From a virus (Duplodnaviria; Caudoviricetes), in the IMG/VR virus record IMGVR_UViG_3300045093_000075, positions 1 through 51,135 of that record: 51,135 nt of DNA; one strand, 5' to 3'. Shown here one piece after another: positions 17,850-26,603 of this stretch (its first letter is position 1; every line of letters begins with the position of its first letter). The translations under genes were made by a program, and so were the position numbers. Under the pieces are notes generated by a model, which saw only the letters and a program-made list of their open reading frames with translations, was not told the DNA's origin and did not search any database.

Positions 17850-19234
17850 GCGTCTGGGAGCAGCCCTGCCTCATCCGTGGCCAGGCCTCGGTCAACGTCC
17901 TCTTTGTCGATCTGCCCAAGTTCACCCTCGTGATCCCGCTCGGCCGATGCAATCTCGCCCCGTTGCAAATTCTCATAGAGCGTCTGGTACGAGATTGCGC
18001 CTGACTGCCACACCCGCACCAGCGCCTCGGCTTCGGCCGGGCTGAGAGTGGCATCGACAAACGATAGGTTCGGCTTGACCGTGACCTTTTCCGGGTCCTG
18101 CCCGATCATCACCGCGATGTGCCGCAGCGCCTTCTCCAGCCCCTGGGCACTGGATTGGGCAATGCTGGTCAGCGTGGCAGTCTCGGCCGCGAACCGGATG
18201 CGCAAAGCATCACCGCTCTCCGCCGTCCGGCTCTCGGCGCTGTTGAAAAGCCTCGCGCCCGCCTGGGCCGCGTTCTGCCTCTCGTCCTGCATGGCGACGC
18301 GATGGGCCTCAATACCTGTTCCGGCGGGACCGACATACTTCACATCGGGCCGGGCTGCCTCGTCACCGCTGCCCTGCTTGATCGCAATAACGGCCCCTGC
18401 CCCGACGGCCTCGGGCGCGTCGCCGTTGATGACAACAAGCGTTTCCTGGCCCGTCATGAACAACTGCCAGCGATAATCCGCCGAGAGCTGATAAAGCGCG
18501 ATCGATGACCGCGCCACGCCGGTCAGCGGCGGAACTTCGGGAGCCAGAGACAGATCTTGTGCGCCGATCACCACGAATGGAATCTCGGACAGCTTGGCAT
18601 TGCCGCGCCCCGAGGGCGTCAGAGCCTCGCCAGCGGCTCTTTCCGTCCCGGTGTAGGTCTGGACCGTGTAGTGCCCTTCCCGCATCTCCAGCACGCGGAA
18701 ACGCTGCTCCTGTTCCCACCGGAAGCCCTCGCGTTTCAAGCCGCTTTCATCGAGGACGAACAGAGAGCGGTCATCGGCCCAATTGATCAGCGCCTCGGCG
18801 GTGTACCCTGCGAGCCAAGGCAGATCGCTGCCCTCGGTCGCGGCATCTGCCAGAAGCGAGTAGCGGCCCTGGGTCAGCAACTCGGCGGTGATCCGACGAT
18901 GCAGAGCCTCGAGCGGCAGGCCATCCTTGGTCGCCTTCTCCCACAACGGCTCCATCGCCTTGGGCATTTCGATCTGAGCCTCGGTGCGATGGATCACGCC
19001 CACCATGCCCCGGATCGTGGGCTCGGCGATCTCGGGGAACTGAGCCCGCTTCTGATACGCCTCATACAGCGCCCGGCCGCCGTCCTTCTGTGCGGAGAAG
19101 CCGGAAGGCTGGGGCAAATACTTGGTTCCTGCCTCCTTGACCACCGTTTCCCCGGCCGTCGTGTCGCGCATAAGCTCCCACTTATCCGCCATCGCGGTCC
19201 AGAGAGGGTGCTTGGTATCAACGGCGTCGGTCAT
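17846..19234 (-). CDS. Portal protein (DUF4055-like)
   Basis: HP...W...RD...GE..VK...YLP, AEALINW, IPFVVIG and LYQLSADY motifs; follows terminase. Confidence 0.9.
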   Translation of the reverse strand: MTDAVDTKHPLWTAMADKWELMRDTTAGETVVKEAGTKYLPQPSGFSAQKDGGRALYEAYQKRAQFPEIAEPTIRGMVGVIHRTEAQIEMPKAMEPLWEKATKDGLPLEALHRRITAELLTQGRYSLLADAATEGSDLPWLAGYTAEALINWADDRSLFVLDESGLKREGFRWEQEQRFRVLEMREGHYTVQTYTGTERAAGEALTPSGRGNAKLSEIPFVVIGAQDLSLAPEVPPLTGVARSSIALYQLSADYRWQLFMTGQETLVVINGDAPEAVGAGAVIAIKQGSGDEAARPDVKYVGPAGTGIEAHRVAMQDERQNAAQAGARLFNSAESRTAESGDALRIRFAAETATLTSIAQSSAQGLEKALRHIAVMIGQDPEKVTVKPNLSFVDATLSPAEAEALVRVWQSGAISYQTLYENLQRGEIASAERDHEGELGQIDKEDVDRGLATDEAGLLPDA

Positions 19235-19354
19235 GGTCGAGACGGCCCCAATTCAGCATAAAATCGCCTCTTCGAGGCCGGGTCCCTGCCCAACTTCACT
19301 GGTAACAGCTCCGTGATCCGCATGGATCGCAACTGGAAACAAAGTGGGACAGCT

Positions 19355-19534
19355 ATGAAGAAATATCTGATGCTTCCGGTCATGCTTGTGATGACCGTTT
19401 CGATCGCTGCTTGCAGCAATACCGGTACCGACAATCCGCAAGCAGACTTCGCGGCACCGCCCCCGCCACCTCCCAGCGTGGACCCGATGGCCGCCCCAGC
19501 CGGAGATCCGATGGCACCGGCACCGGTAATGTAA
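19355..19534 (+). CDS. Pro-rich small lipoprotein (moron)
   Basis: Lipobox IAAC; poly-Pro tract; followed by terminator. Confidence 0.75.
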   Translation: MKKYLMLPVMLVMTVSIAACSNTGTDNPQADFAAPPPPPPSVDPMAAPAGDPMAPAPVM

Positions 19535-19539
19535 AATTC

Positions 19540-19567
19540 AGCCCCGCCAATCGGTGGGGCTTTTTTT
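19540..19567 (+). terminator. Intrinsic terminator
   Basis: AGCCCCGCC-AATC-GGTGGGGCT followed by T-run. Confidence 0.8.
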
Positions 19568-19637
19568 GGGCGGCCGCAGCGGATTGACTCCCCGGCCCGC
19601 TATGTCATCCTCCCATTGTCTTTGGGGGGACATCATC

Positions 19638-19829
19638 ATGAAATTGCTATTGGCTACGGCCATGTTTGCCTTGCTGTGCACCGGCTCCGCTCTGGCCCAG
19701 CGTGATATGGACTGCTCGGACTTCCGCACATGGCGAGAAGCCCAAGAATTCTACGAGCGCAGCGGACCAGGCGATCCGCACAGGCTCGATGCTGACAACG
19801 ACGGCATTGCTTGTGAAGCGCTGCGGTAG
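19638..19829 (+). CDS. Secreted excalibur calcium-binding domain protein
   Basis: Signal peptide; DCSDF...EAQ...GDPHRLDADNDGIACE signature. Confidence 0.88.
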   Translation: MKLLLATAMFALLCTGSALAQRDMDCSDFRTWREAQEFYERSGPGDPHRLDADNDGIACEALR

Positions 19830-21401
19830 TCAGTAGAGCCCGCGTACCGTCGTTGTGGTCGTTTCAGCTTGCCGATTGCCGACCAGCCGACCGAAGGCAC
19901 CGGAACTGGCATCAACCTGATCCTTGAATGCGCCGCCCGGGAATAGGCACAGCTCGTCCAGATACGCCTCATTCCATCCGCCCTGAACGAGATAGACATT
20001 TCCGGCCTCGCACTGGACCGAAAACGGCTCGGCCCTGGTCACCTTGTCGCCCGTCTCCGGGTCCGCACGAACAACCCAGCCGGCCAGCATCGCCACCATA
20101 TCGGCCTTTTGCACCTTGCCGGCCTGTCCTGGGTCCTGCGGCAGGCTGATGGTCACATTGGCGCCATCAGCTTCGGCCGTGGCCTTGATGAGCCGGCGAA
20201 CCGCATTGCCTTCGTCCTGGGTCGTGACAACGTGCCCGACGACATAGGAGCCATCAGGAGCCTTCCCGAGCTTCACGCCGGCCGTTCTGGCAGCCGTTAC
20301 CTTCTTCGTGGCTGCAAGGTCCCAATGGCGTACCCAGCGCGTCCCCGGAGGCGCTTGCCGGATGATCTTGCCCTCGAACCATTGCCGCTTGAACAACCCG
20401 CCTTCGCGCGCCGTAGGGCGCTGCTGATATTGGCCTGCATAGCCGTAGGAGCCCTTGACCACCTTGAGCGCTTCCACGGCCTCCCGGCTGAAACGCTCCG
20501 GCAATAGAAGCTCGCCGTCCGTGGTTCGCGGATCGACAAAGCCTATTCGTGTCGGCTCTTGCGGATCGATCATCCGACCACTGGTCTTATACGGCTTCGG
20601 ATCGTACTCCATCGGCAAGTTGAGATGCACATAAGGCAGCCCGAGCTTGAGGATGATCCCGGCGACGTCGTTCTCGTGCAGTCGCTGCATGATGACAACG
20701 ATGGCCGACCGCTCCAGATCGTTGAGGCGGTCCGAGATGGATTCGCGAAACACGCGCACCGCATTGGCACGCTCGACATCGCTCTCCGCCGTTTCGGTCG
20801 AGTGCGGATCGTCGATGATCACCCGATCCCCACGGCCGCCGGTCATGGATGCAAACGGCCGCCCTTCCCGACCACCCGACTTCGTGTTCTCGAACTTGCC
20901 CTTGGCGTTCTGATCGGACCTGAGCTGCACTTCCGGCCAGAGCGAGCGATACCACTCGCTTTCCACCAGCCTGCGCATCTTCGTGTTGTCGCGCATCACG
21001 TTGTCCTGGGAATAGGACGACGCCAGATAGCGCATATGGGTCAACTCGGCAGGTCCCCACTCCCATGCCGGCCAGAGCACGGAATGGAGCAGCGACTTCA
21101 TCAGACCCGGCGGGCAATTGGTCAGGAGCCGCGTGATCTCACCCCGGCTTACCGCCTCGAGATGATCAGCCATCGCTTGGAGCGGCCAGCCCCAGACCAG
21201 ATGGGCCTTGGGCTCAAGGATCGGCCAGGCATGGCGGACAAACCCGGCCAGTGTCCGGCACTCCTCTCGAATGCGCTCGGCGTTCTGCTCTACATCACGT
21301 CGTTGCTTTTCAGCCCTACGCCTCTCCCTCTCCGCCCTGATCTCCGCCAGCGAGGGCAAGCGGACCGAGGATGGATTCGAGGCGGTCGAGTTCATCTTCA
21401 C
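19830..21401 (-). CDS. terL: Terminase large subunit (start uncertain)
   Basis: Walker A NCPPGLMKS, TGGRGDRVIIDDPH, IMQRLHEND; nuclease WDLAA and DQVDA. Confidence 0.95.
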   Translation of the reverse strand: MKMNSTASNPSSVRLPSLAEIRAERERRRAEKQRRDVEQNAERIREECRTLAGFVRHAWPILEPKAHLVWGWPLQAMADHLEAVSRGEITRLLTNCPPGLMKSLLHSVLWPAWEWGPAELTHMRYLASSYSQDNVMRDNTKMRRLVESEWYRSLWPEVQLRSDQNAKGKFENTKSGGREGRPFASMTGGRGDRVIIDDPHSTETAESDVERANAVRVFRESISDRLNDLERSAIVVIMQRLHENDVAGIILKLGLPYVHLNLPMEYDPKPYKTSGRMIDPQEPTRIGFVDPRTTDGELLLPERFSREAVEALKVVKGSYGYAGQYQQRPTAREGGLFKRQWFEGKIIRQAPPGTRWVRHWDLAATKKVTAARTAGVKLGKAPDGSYVVGHVVTTQDEGNAVRRLIKATAEADGANVTISLPQDPGQAGKVQKADMVAMLAGWVVRADPETGDKVTRAEPFSVQCEAGNVYLVQGGWNEAYLDELCLFPGGAFKDQVDASSGAFGRLVGNRQAETTTTTVRGLY

Positions 21402-21657
21402 TCAGCTTGGTAAGGTCATAGGTGCCGATGGAGCCGGAGTGCTTCATGGCTTGTGGGGCCTTGCCATAGCCGCGATCAAGAATGGAATTGGCCGCCGAAA
21501 CCCGAGCCGCTTCACTCTCACCCTTTTTGGCGATGGTGATGAGCACCTGGAGCGCATCGCTGGCGTGTTCCTTGGCCAGCGCCGCCAGTTCACGCTTCTG
21601 CTTTGATACGGCGCCCGGTTTACGTCCTGCACCGGGCCTCTTCCCGCCGCGCGGCAT
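21316..21657 (-). CDS. Probable terminase small subunit
   Basis: RGGKRPGAGRKPG start, ARVSAANSILDRGYGK; directly upstream of terL. Confidence 0.75.
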   Translation of the reverse strand: MPRGGKRPGAGRKPGAVSKQKRELAALAKEHASDALQVLITIAKKGESEAARVSAANSILDRGYGKAPQAMKHSGSIGTYDLTKLSEDELDRLESILGPLALAGGDQGGEGEA

Positions 21658-21697
21658 CTATGATTTCCTTTGATTGTTAAATGGTGGGGGAATCACT

Positions 21698-21874
21698 ATG
21701 GCCGATACCTTTAAGCCCGGCGATGTTGTTGAACTGAAATCCGGCGGGCCGAAAATGACCGTGACCCAGGTGGGCGAGAACTGGGGAAAAGAAACCGTTT
21801 GGGTTGCGTGGTTTGACGGCAGCAAGGAACAGCACGGAACTTTTGTCCCGGAAGCGCTTAAGATTGCAGATTAA
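21698..21874 (+). CDS. YodC / DUF2158 family protein
   Basis: FKPGDVVELKSGGPKMTV...WF...F-x-x-EAL signature. Confidence 0.9.
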   Translation: MADTFKPGDVVELKSGGPKMTVTQVGENWGKETVWVAWFDGSKEQHGTFVPEALKIAD

Positions 21875-21958
21875 GCCCTGATAATGCTTGGGCACCCCAG
21901 CGTTGCCGTCTTGCCCTTGGCGAGAGCCTGGGCGAAGCTCTCATGACATTGGTTTGAG

Positions 21959-22168
21959 ATGGCGGACATGGCTGACGTCAAATTCTTTTATAAGTTCCGC
22001 CAAACCTCACCAACACCGGCTGGCCGATGGGTGGTTTGCGGCCCCTTTGACACCCGTGAAGCTGCGGAGATTGATCGCCGACGTAGCAAGGCGTGGGATT
22101 GCGAACTCACGACCCCGTTCGCAGCAATCTCGAAAGAAGTGGCCGAAGATGAGCCGCCTACGAATTGA
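21959..22168 (+). CDS. Small hypothetical protein
   Basis: Contains GPFDTREAAE motif. Confidence 0.55.
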   Translation: MADMADVKFFYKFRQTSPTPAGRWVVCGPFDTREAAEIDRRRSKAWDCELTTPFAAISKEVAEDEPPTN

Positions 22169-22225
22169 AGGCGCATATGCTTTGCGTTCTTGAGTGCCGC
22201 CATAGGTCTGCTTCAAGTTGGTGGG

Positions 22226-22369
22226 TTAAAGGCCGACGATTTGGACGTGATTGACCACAAACCAGATTGCGAACCCAATACCACCGACTATCATCAGCGC
22301 GAGAGCAGCAATACCGATCAAAGCGAGATAGAACAGTGGCCGAAGGTCAGGGAAATTGTACGGACCCAT
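22226..22369 (-). CDS. Single-TM small membrane protein (47 aa, not in ORF track)
   Basis: AGGAG RBS; MGPYNFPDLRPLFYLALIGIAALALMIVGGIGFAIWFVVNHVQIVGL. Confidence 0.6.
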   Translation of the reverse strand: MGPYNFPDLRPLFYLALIGIAALALMIVGGIGFAIWFVVNHVQIVGL

Positions 22370-22491
22370 CTCGCTCTCCTGTGCTCATAAAAGAATCCTG
22401 CCGGCCAACCAGCCATCTGCGCGGAGGCGGATAAATCGGGGCTGGCGCATGGCCCCTGTCTCTCTGTGAATGGGGCTAGCGAACGACAACG

Positions 22492-22516
22492 GGAACGAGC
22501 GTGCCTCCACGCGATT
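22492..22516 (+). promoter_or_regulatory. EcfG/RpoE2-like promoter
   Basis: GGAAC-N16-GATT about 50 nt upstream of ATG 22569. Confidence 0.5.
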
Positions 22517-22568
22517 GTTGATGAAGGTGCTGCGCGACAGTGCCTCAACCATCCAGCAGGAGGAACGC

Positions 22569-22949
22569 ATGTCTTTCAAAACTCTCATATCACCGATTGC
22601 CTTGGCGGCCGCTATGACGCTCAGCACTGGCGCGCTCGCTCAGACCATGGTCGGCGACCAAGCCGTCACTGACGAAGACCTTCCCGCCGTGTCAGATCAT
22701 TGCCAGATGCTGGCCGCAGAGGGCGAAGATGCAGCAGGGGCTGATGCGGCTACCGACGGTGCAGCCGAGGATGATGCAGCCGCTGACGACGCGAATGATG
22801 ATGGCGATGCAGCCGAGGACGACACTGCCACCGACGGCATGGCAACCGATCCAGAAATAGCAGCGCCGGGCGACACGATGGCCGGCGATGCAACCATCGA
22901 CTTTGACGCCATAACACTCGCAGAGTGCGCCGAGGCTGGGCTGATATAG
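22569..22949 (+). CDS. Secreted, highly acidic low-complexity protein
   Basis: AGGAGG RBS; signal peptide; AAEDD repeats bracketed by two Cys. Confidence 0.8.
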   Translation: MSFKTLISPIALAAAMTLSTGALAQTMVGDQAVTDEDLPAVSDHCQMLAAEGEDAAGADAATDGAAEDDAAADDANDDGDAAEDDTATDGMATDPEIAAPGDTMAGDATIDFDAITLAECAEAGLI

Positions 22950-22964
22950 TCTCTGACAATGGTG

Positions 22965-22988
22965 AGGCCGCCCCGAGGGGCGGTCTTT
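22965..22988 (+). terminator. Probable intrinsic terminator
   Basis: AGGCCGCCC-CGAG-GGGCGGTCT-TT. Confidence 0.6.
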
Positions 22989-23030
22989 GATTGTGAGGGA
23001 TCGAGCTTTCAAAGACGTTGGTTTGGGAGA

Positions 23031-23291
23031 ATGGGTATGCGTTTCAGCTTCCCGTATAGCCATGCTTTCCATGGAGGACGGATCGGCGTTCATGACGATG
23101 GCCAACCGGGCCCCACCTGTACCGTCGAATTTAGCGACGGCTCGGCGGTTATCGGCCAGTACGCCTCTGAGGGCGAAGACTTGATACTCTCCGTGCCAGA
23201 ATACAGAACAGCCAAGGGGACGACAGTCAGAGCACGGACCTGGAAGATCGCTGGGTCGAGCGATGGTGTCTGGCGAACGATGCGGACGTGA
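23031..23291 (+). CDS. Hypothetical protein
   Basis: GGGAG RBS; beta-rich small domain (VEFSDG...YRTAKGT); start 23031 or 23037. Confidence 0.6.
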   Translation: MGMRFSFPYSHAFHGGRIGVHDDGQPGPTCTVEFSDGSAVIGQYASEGEDLILSVPEYRTAKGTTVRARTWKIAGSSDGVWRTMRT

Positions 23292-23399
23292 ACCTCTCAT
23301 CTCTACCAGCGCAGCATAGGAAGGCACGGAGATGGATTTCTGATATACCAACCAAGGTCTTTTGGCGTCGCGGCGTCCTATGCAGCGAAGGAGAACACG

Positions 23400-23719
23400 A
23401 TGTCCCGCTACATGATCGCCTTAATCGTCGCGATGTCCGCTACCACAGTCCATGCTCAAGACTTCAACTTCACGCCAGGCTGGGCAAACACCTACAACTT
23501 CAACCGGCTGAACTCAGGAAGCGGTGGAGATAGTGAACCGCCAGAGCTTGAGCTTTGCCGTTTCGATATGCTCCCCAAGCTGAGCAGGAGCGCCTTCATG
23601 AGAATGCGCTTGCGCTGATCGCCGAACACGGGGAGGAAAAGGCAGCACCTCTCCTCGAGCAGCAGTCAATCGAAGCCATCGCGCAGATGGTCGAAAATGG
23701 GTTGTGTCGAAGCGAGTAA
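23400..23719 (+). pseudogene. Secreted protein with single-base frameshift
   Basis: Signal peptide; one extra C in the C4 run at 23573-23576 restores a 106-aa ORF ending GLCRSE. Confidence 0.55.
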
Positions 23720-23787
23720 CTTGAGGACGAGCCGTTGAGCCCAAGTGAGCTTCTTGCCTCTGGGTAGGCCATAAATGGAGAAATTTA

Positions 23788-23901
23788 ATGATCTTCGGCG
23801 TGGTTGGCTTCTTTGTAGTGGTGGTCGTCCCATCTGTATTCGCAACGCTGCCGGTGGCTTTGGAGCCACTCGTGATGCCTGTAGTCTTGCTGGTGGGTTA
23901 A
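23788..23901 (+). CDS. 37-aa hydrophobic peptide
   Basis: GGAG RBS; MIFGVVGFFVVVVVPSVFATLPVALEPLVMPVVLLVG. Confidence 0.35.
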   Translation: MIFGVVGFFVVVVVPSVFATLPVALEPLVMPVVLLVG

Positions 23902-23936
23902 GCGACCGCCCTCGCCCGTCGCCTCAAACTGAATCG

Positions 23937-24077
23937 CTACTGCTTTGCCGCGCCCTTGCCGACACACACCGGCCGGCCATCTACCCAGCCACAATAGCTG
24001 AGCACTTGGTCGCCGTGCTTCTGGCCGAAGGCCGCACCCTCGAAACCGCATACCTCACAGAAGTATATCGGCGCCAT
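23937..24077 (-). CDS. Small Cys-rich protein
   Basis: FCEVCG...AAFG...YC...C pattern; start uncertain. Confidence 0.55.
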   Translation of the reverse strand: MAPIYFCEVCGFEGAAFGQKHGDQVLSYCGWVDGRPVCVGKGAAKQ

Positions 24078-24178
24078 GGGCGTTACGGTTTCATTGCCTC
24101 GCGTCATTGCGGGGCCACAGGGACGAAATTCAGTAGGCATGGCGAATGCCATAGCATGAGTCTTTCCCATTTCACCGA

Positions 24179-24204
24179 GGAACGAACGCTACCGACGCAC
24201 GATT
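24179..24204 (+). promoter_or_regulatory. EcfG/RpoE2-like promoter
   Basis: GGAAC-N17-GATT about 50 nt upstream of ATG 24252. Confidence 0.5.
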
Positions 24205-24251
24205 GATCTTGTGCTGCCACATGGCAGTTCAGTTCTCGGAAGGAACGCAAG

Positions 24252-24401
24252 ATGCCCAACCAGGATAAACGCGGCGACCACAAGCAAGATGGCAAATCCG
24301 GCCAGCAAGGCCAGAGGGGTACCGAAACCCAGCAGGGCAAGGGTCGCGACGACAATAATCAGGGCGGCAAGCAGGACGACAAGGGTGGTCAGCGGCGCTG
24401 A
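24252..24401 (+). CDS. 49-aa G/Q/K/D-rich hydrophilin-like protein (not in ORF track)
   Basis: GGAAGGA RBS; MPNQDKRGDHKQDGKSGQQGQRGTETQQGKGRDDNNQGGKQDDKGGQRR. Confidence 0.65.
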   Translation: MPNQDKRGDHKQDGKSGQQGQRGTETQQGKGRDDNNQGGKQDDKGGQRR

Positions 24402-24546
24402 TTTACCCGTCCTTGGAGGGTCGCCCTCGACCCTCCATCCAGCGTGTGGGCGTTCTTGGTATAGCTCCAGATAAATCGACAATCGCAACGCATTTTAGCG
24501 ATTGTTTTCGGACCGGGTTAATGACTGCGGTGCTATCGGCCGCGCT

Positions 24547-24798
24547 ATGCAATCAATGGTTGAACGACGATCTGAACAGCGGGAAAATCCCGTATTACGA
24601 GGCCCCGCAGTGATTATTGCGGGATCAGTCAGCGTCGAGATCTCCATTTTGAATACTTCTCGCGAAGGGCTGATGATCCGGGTGCCGGCGAATGCCGCCG
24701 TCCCCGCAACCTTCACCCTAAAAATTGGCGATTACCTGCAAGCCTGCCAGTTGGTCTGGAGGCACGGGAAGCTCCTGGGCGCACGCCTCGCAGTCTGA
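24547..24798 (+). CDS. Stand-alone PilZ domain protein
   Basis: RSEQR (RxxxR) and NTSREG (D/NxSxxG) c-di-GMP motifs; CQLVWR...LGARL end. Confidence 0.85.
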   Translation: MQSMVERRSEQRENPVLRGPAVIIAGSVSVEISILNTSREGLMIRVPANAAVPATFTLKIGDYLQACQLVWRHGKLLGARLAV

Positions 24799-24888
24799 GC
24801 TGGTGCCGGACCTCCGCCGCCCGTCTGGCATCTGCTTGTTCATTGCAGAGGGCTCCGCTATGTTCCTACCGAAACGGGGGCCATACAC

Positions 24889-25077
24889 ATGCCGAACAAA
24901 AACCGATCAGTTACCGTCACCATCCGATCCGGCAAGGACGGTCATTGGGTCGATTGGTCCAAGGACGGCGAAACCGGGTCGCTTGGACCTTATCAAGAGG
25001 TTCGGATGGCCGAAGACGTCAGAGAAGCCAAAGAGCACGAGCTGACGGAAAACGAAGGCCACATAGACGAAGTGTAG
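24889..25077 (+). CDS. Small hypothetical protein
   Basis: GGGG RBS; 62 aa. Confidence 0.55.
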   Translation: MPNKNRSVTVTIRSGKDGHWVDWSKDGETGSLGPYQEVRMAEDVREAKEHELTENEGHIDEV

Positions 25078-25091
25078 CCAACGCGATGGGT

Positions 25092-25283
25092 TCACTCTGC
25101 GTTGGCAGAACTGCGGCTGGCGGCTATGAGTTGCCTAATCTGCTTCATTAGCAAAGGGCCGGTCAGCGAGGCTGTGGAATAGCCCTCGTGATGGAGCGCT
25201 TGCTTTATCTCGCCGAGGGTCGCATAGCGACCGGTCTTTGCCAGATCAAAAGCTCGCTCAAGTGCTGTAGGTCTGAGTGTCAT
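25092..25283 (-). CDS. Small hypothetical protein
   Basis: TALERAFDLAKTG...IKQAL..EGY pattern. Confidence 0.65.
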   Translation of the reverse strand: MTLRPTALERAFDLAKTGRYATLGEIKQALHHEGYSTASLTGPLLMKQIRQLIAASRSSANAE

Positions 25284-25451
25284 ACCCGCAGTGTAGCAAT
25301 ATACTGGCGCACAACACCAGCTTGCCTATGCACTACCCTGATTTGGCCCGTTTGCAAGCGGGCCAGGTCAGGCCAGCTCCCTCATCTTCACAGGATTACC
25401 CTCGTCATCACGAACGATCTTTAGCTATAGCACGAGTCTGCGAAGCCCTGC

Positions 25452-25806
25452 TCACTTCGGCTTGGTTGCAGCCCATTCAAGAAACGCATCGAGCGCCGGG
25501 CAAAGCGCCTGCCCCCATTCTGATAGACGATACTCAACCCGAGGTGGAACCTCGGGATAAACAGTCCGCCTCCATCTGCCGGAGTTGCTGCGAGAGCATT
25601 TTCTGCGAAATCTCGGGGATACCTCGCTCAAGCTCGGAAAAGCGCATCACCCGGCCGCCGAACAGGTGAAAGAGGATGACCAACTTCCAACGGCCCTCGA
25701 TCAGCTTTAGCCCGGCCTCCACCCCCGCGGCGGCGGTTTCAATGGTATAGCGATCAGGCGCCTTACCGGTAGGTGCGTACCCCACTTTGTCGTGCGTTCT
25801 TGTCAT
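25452..25806 (-). pseudogene. HxlR-family wHTH regulator disrupted by internal deletion
   Basis: GRWKLVIL...RFSELER.IPEISQKMLSQQLRQMEAD in one frame; TVYPEVPPRVEYRLSEWGQALCPALD in another. Confidence 0.85.
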
Positions 25807-25859
25807 AACCGGAGCTTAGCCGCAGATATTTGCGACCACAACGCAAACCGAGGCCCGAG

Positions 25860-26174
25860 ATGACACACAACCTGCCACAGCCCGTTGCCCGATATTTCGC
25901 TGCAAGCTCACCTCAAGAGATTGCCGATTGCTTCACCGACGACGCCGAGGTCTTCGATGAGCGGCGCACCCATCATGGCCGGCGCGAAATCCTTCAATGG
26001 CGAGAAGAGGTCGCCAAGGTCAGCTTTGACCAAGAAATCATATCTGTCCGCAGCGACGGCGCCACATACTTGGTGAAGTGCCAGGTTTCGGGCGCTTTCC
26101 CTGGGAGCCCCATCGAACTCGACCACTCGTTTGTCTTGGCCGGCGATAAGATCGGCTCGCTTCGCATCGAGTGA
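25860..26174 (+). CDS. SnoaL-like / NTF2 family protein
   Basis: CFTDDAEVFDE...HHGR..I..W and VSGAFPGSP motifs; divergent from HxlR. Confidence 0.85.
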   Translation: MTHNLPQPVARYFAASSPQEIADCFTDDAEVFDERRTHHGRREILQWREEVAKVSFDQEIISVRSDGATYLVKCQVSGAFPGSPIELDHSFVLAGDKIGSLRIE

Positions 26175-26235
26175 CGAAAGCATGCCTTAAACCGCGCCAC
26201 CTGAGTAGGTGACGCGGCAATTCAACCTAAATCTG

Positions 26236-26478
26236 TCAGGTGGTGGTACTTCGCGCCATGTCGAAGCGGCCAGCGGAGTAGCGATCATGCTCGAAGGCGC
26301 GGGACACGAAGGCCTTGAAGCGCTGCATGGCAGTGGGCGTCTTGGCATCGCGTGCGGCCCGGTCGAGTTCCATGCGGTCGCGATGGTCGAGCAGATCGAG
26401 GCGCAGCACTGCCGACACGAGGCCGGTGAACAGCGACACGAACAGGCCAAGGAGCGCGGCGAAACGGGAACGACGCAT
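26236..26478 (-). CDS. Hypothetical phage protein
   Basis: AAAGGA RBS; hydrophobic N-terminus. Confidence 0.6.
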   Translation of the reverse strand: MRRSRFAALLGLFVSLFTGLVSAVLRLDLLDHRDRMELDRAARDAKTPTAMQRFKAFVSRAFEHDRYSAGRFDMARSTTT

Positions 26479-26603
26479 TAGGCAGTCCTTTCGATGTGGG
26501 AGAGTTTGGCTGAAAGTTCGTCCAGCCTATCGAGAACACGCGAAGAATTGCCTGATTTGCGCAACGCTATCAAACGGATGATTGCAGGCCGTGAGAAACT
26601 GGT

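Noticed and set aside
22730-22850. Tandem GATGCAGCC repeats as a possible array
   Set aside because: Simply encode AAEDD low-complexity protein sequence
24189-24488. 99-aa hydrophobic minus-strand ORF resembling a membrane protein
   Set aside because: Mirror of the hydrophilin on the plus strand, which has the RBS and promoter
26534-26548. LexA box GAAC-N7-GAAT
   Set aside because: Single mismatched site upstream of a gene with no SOS link; likely chance
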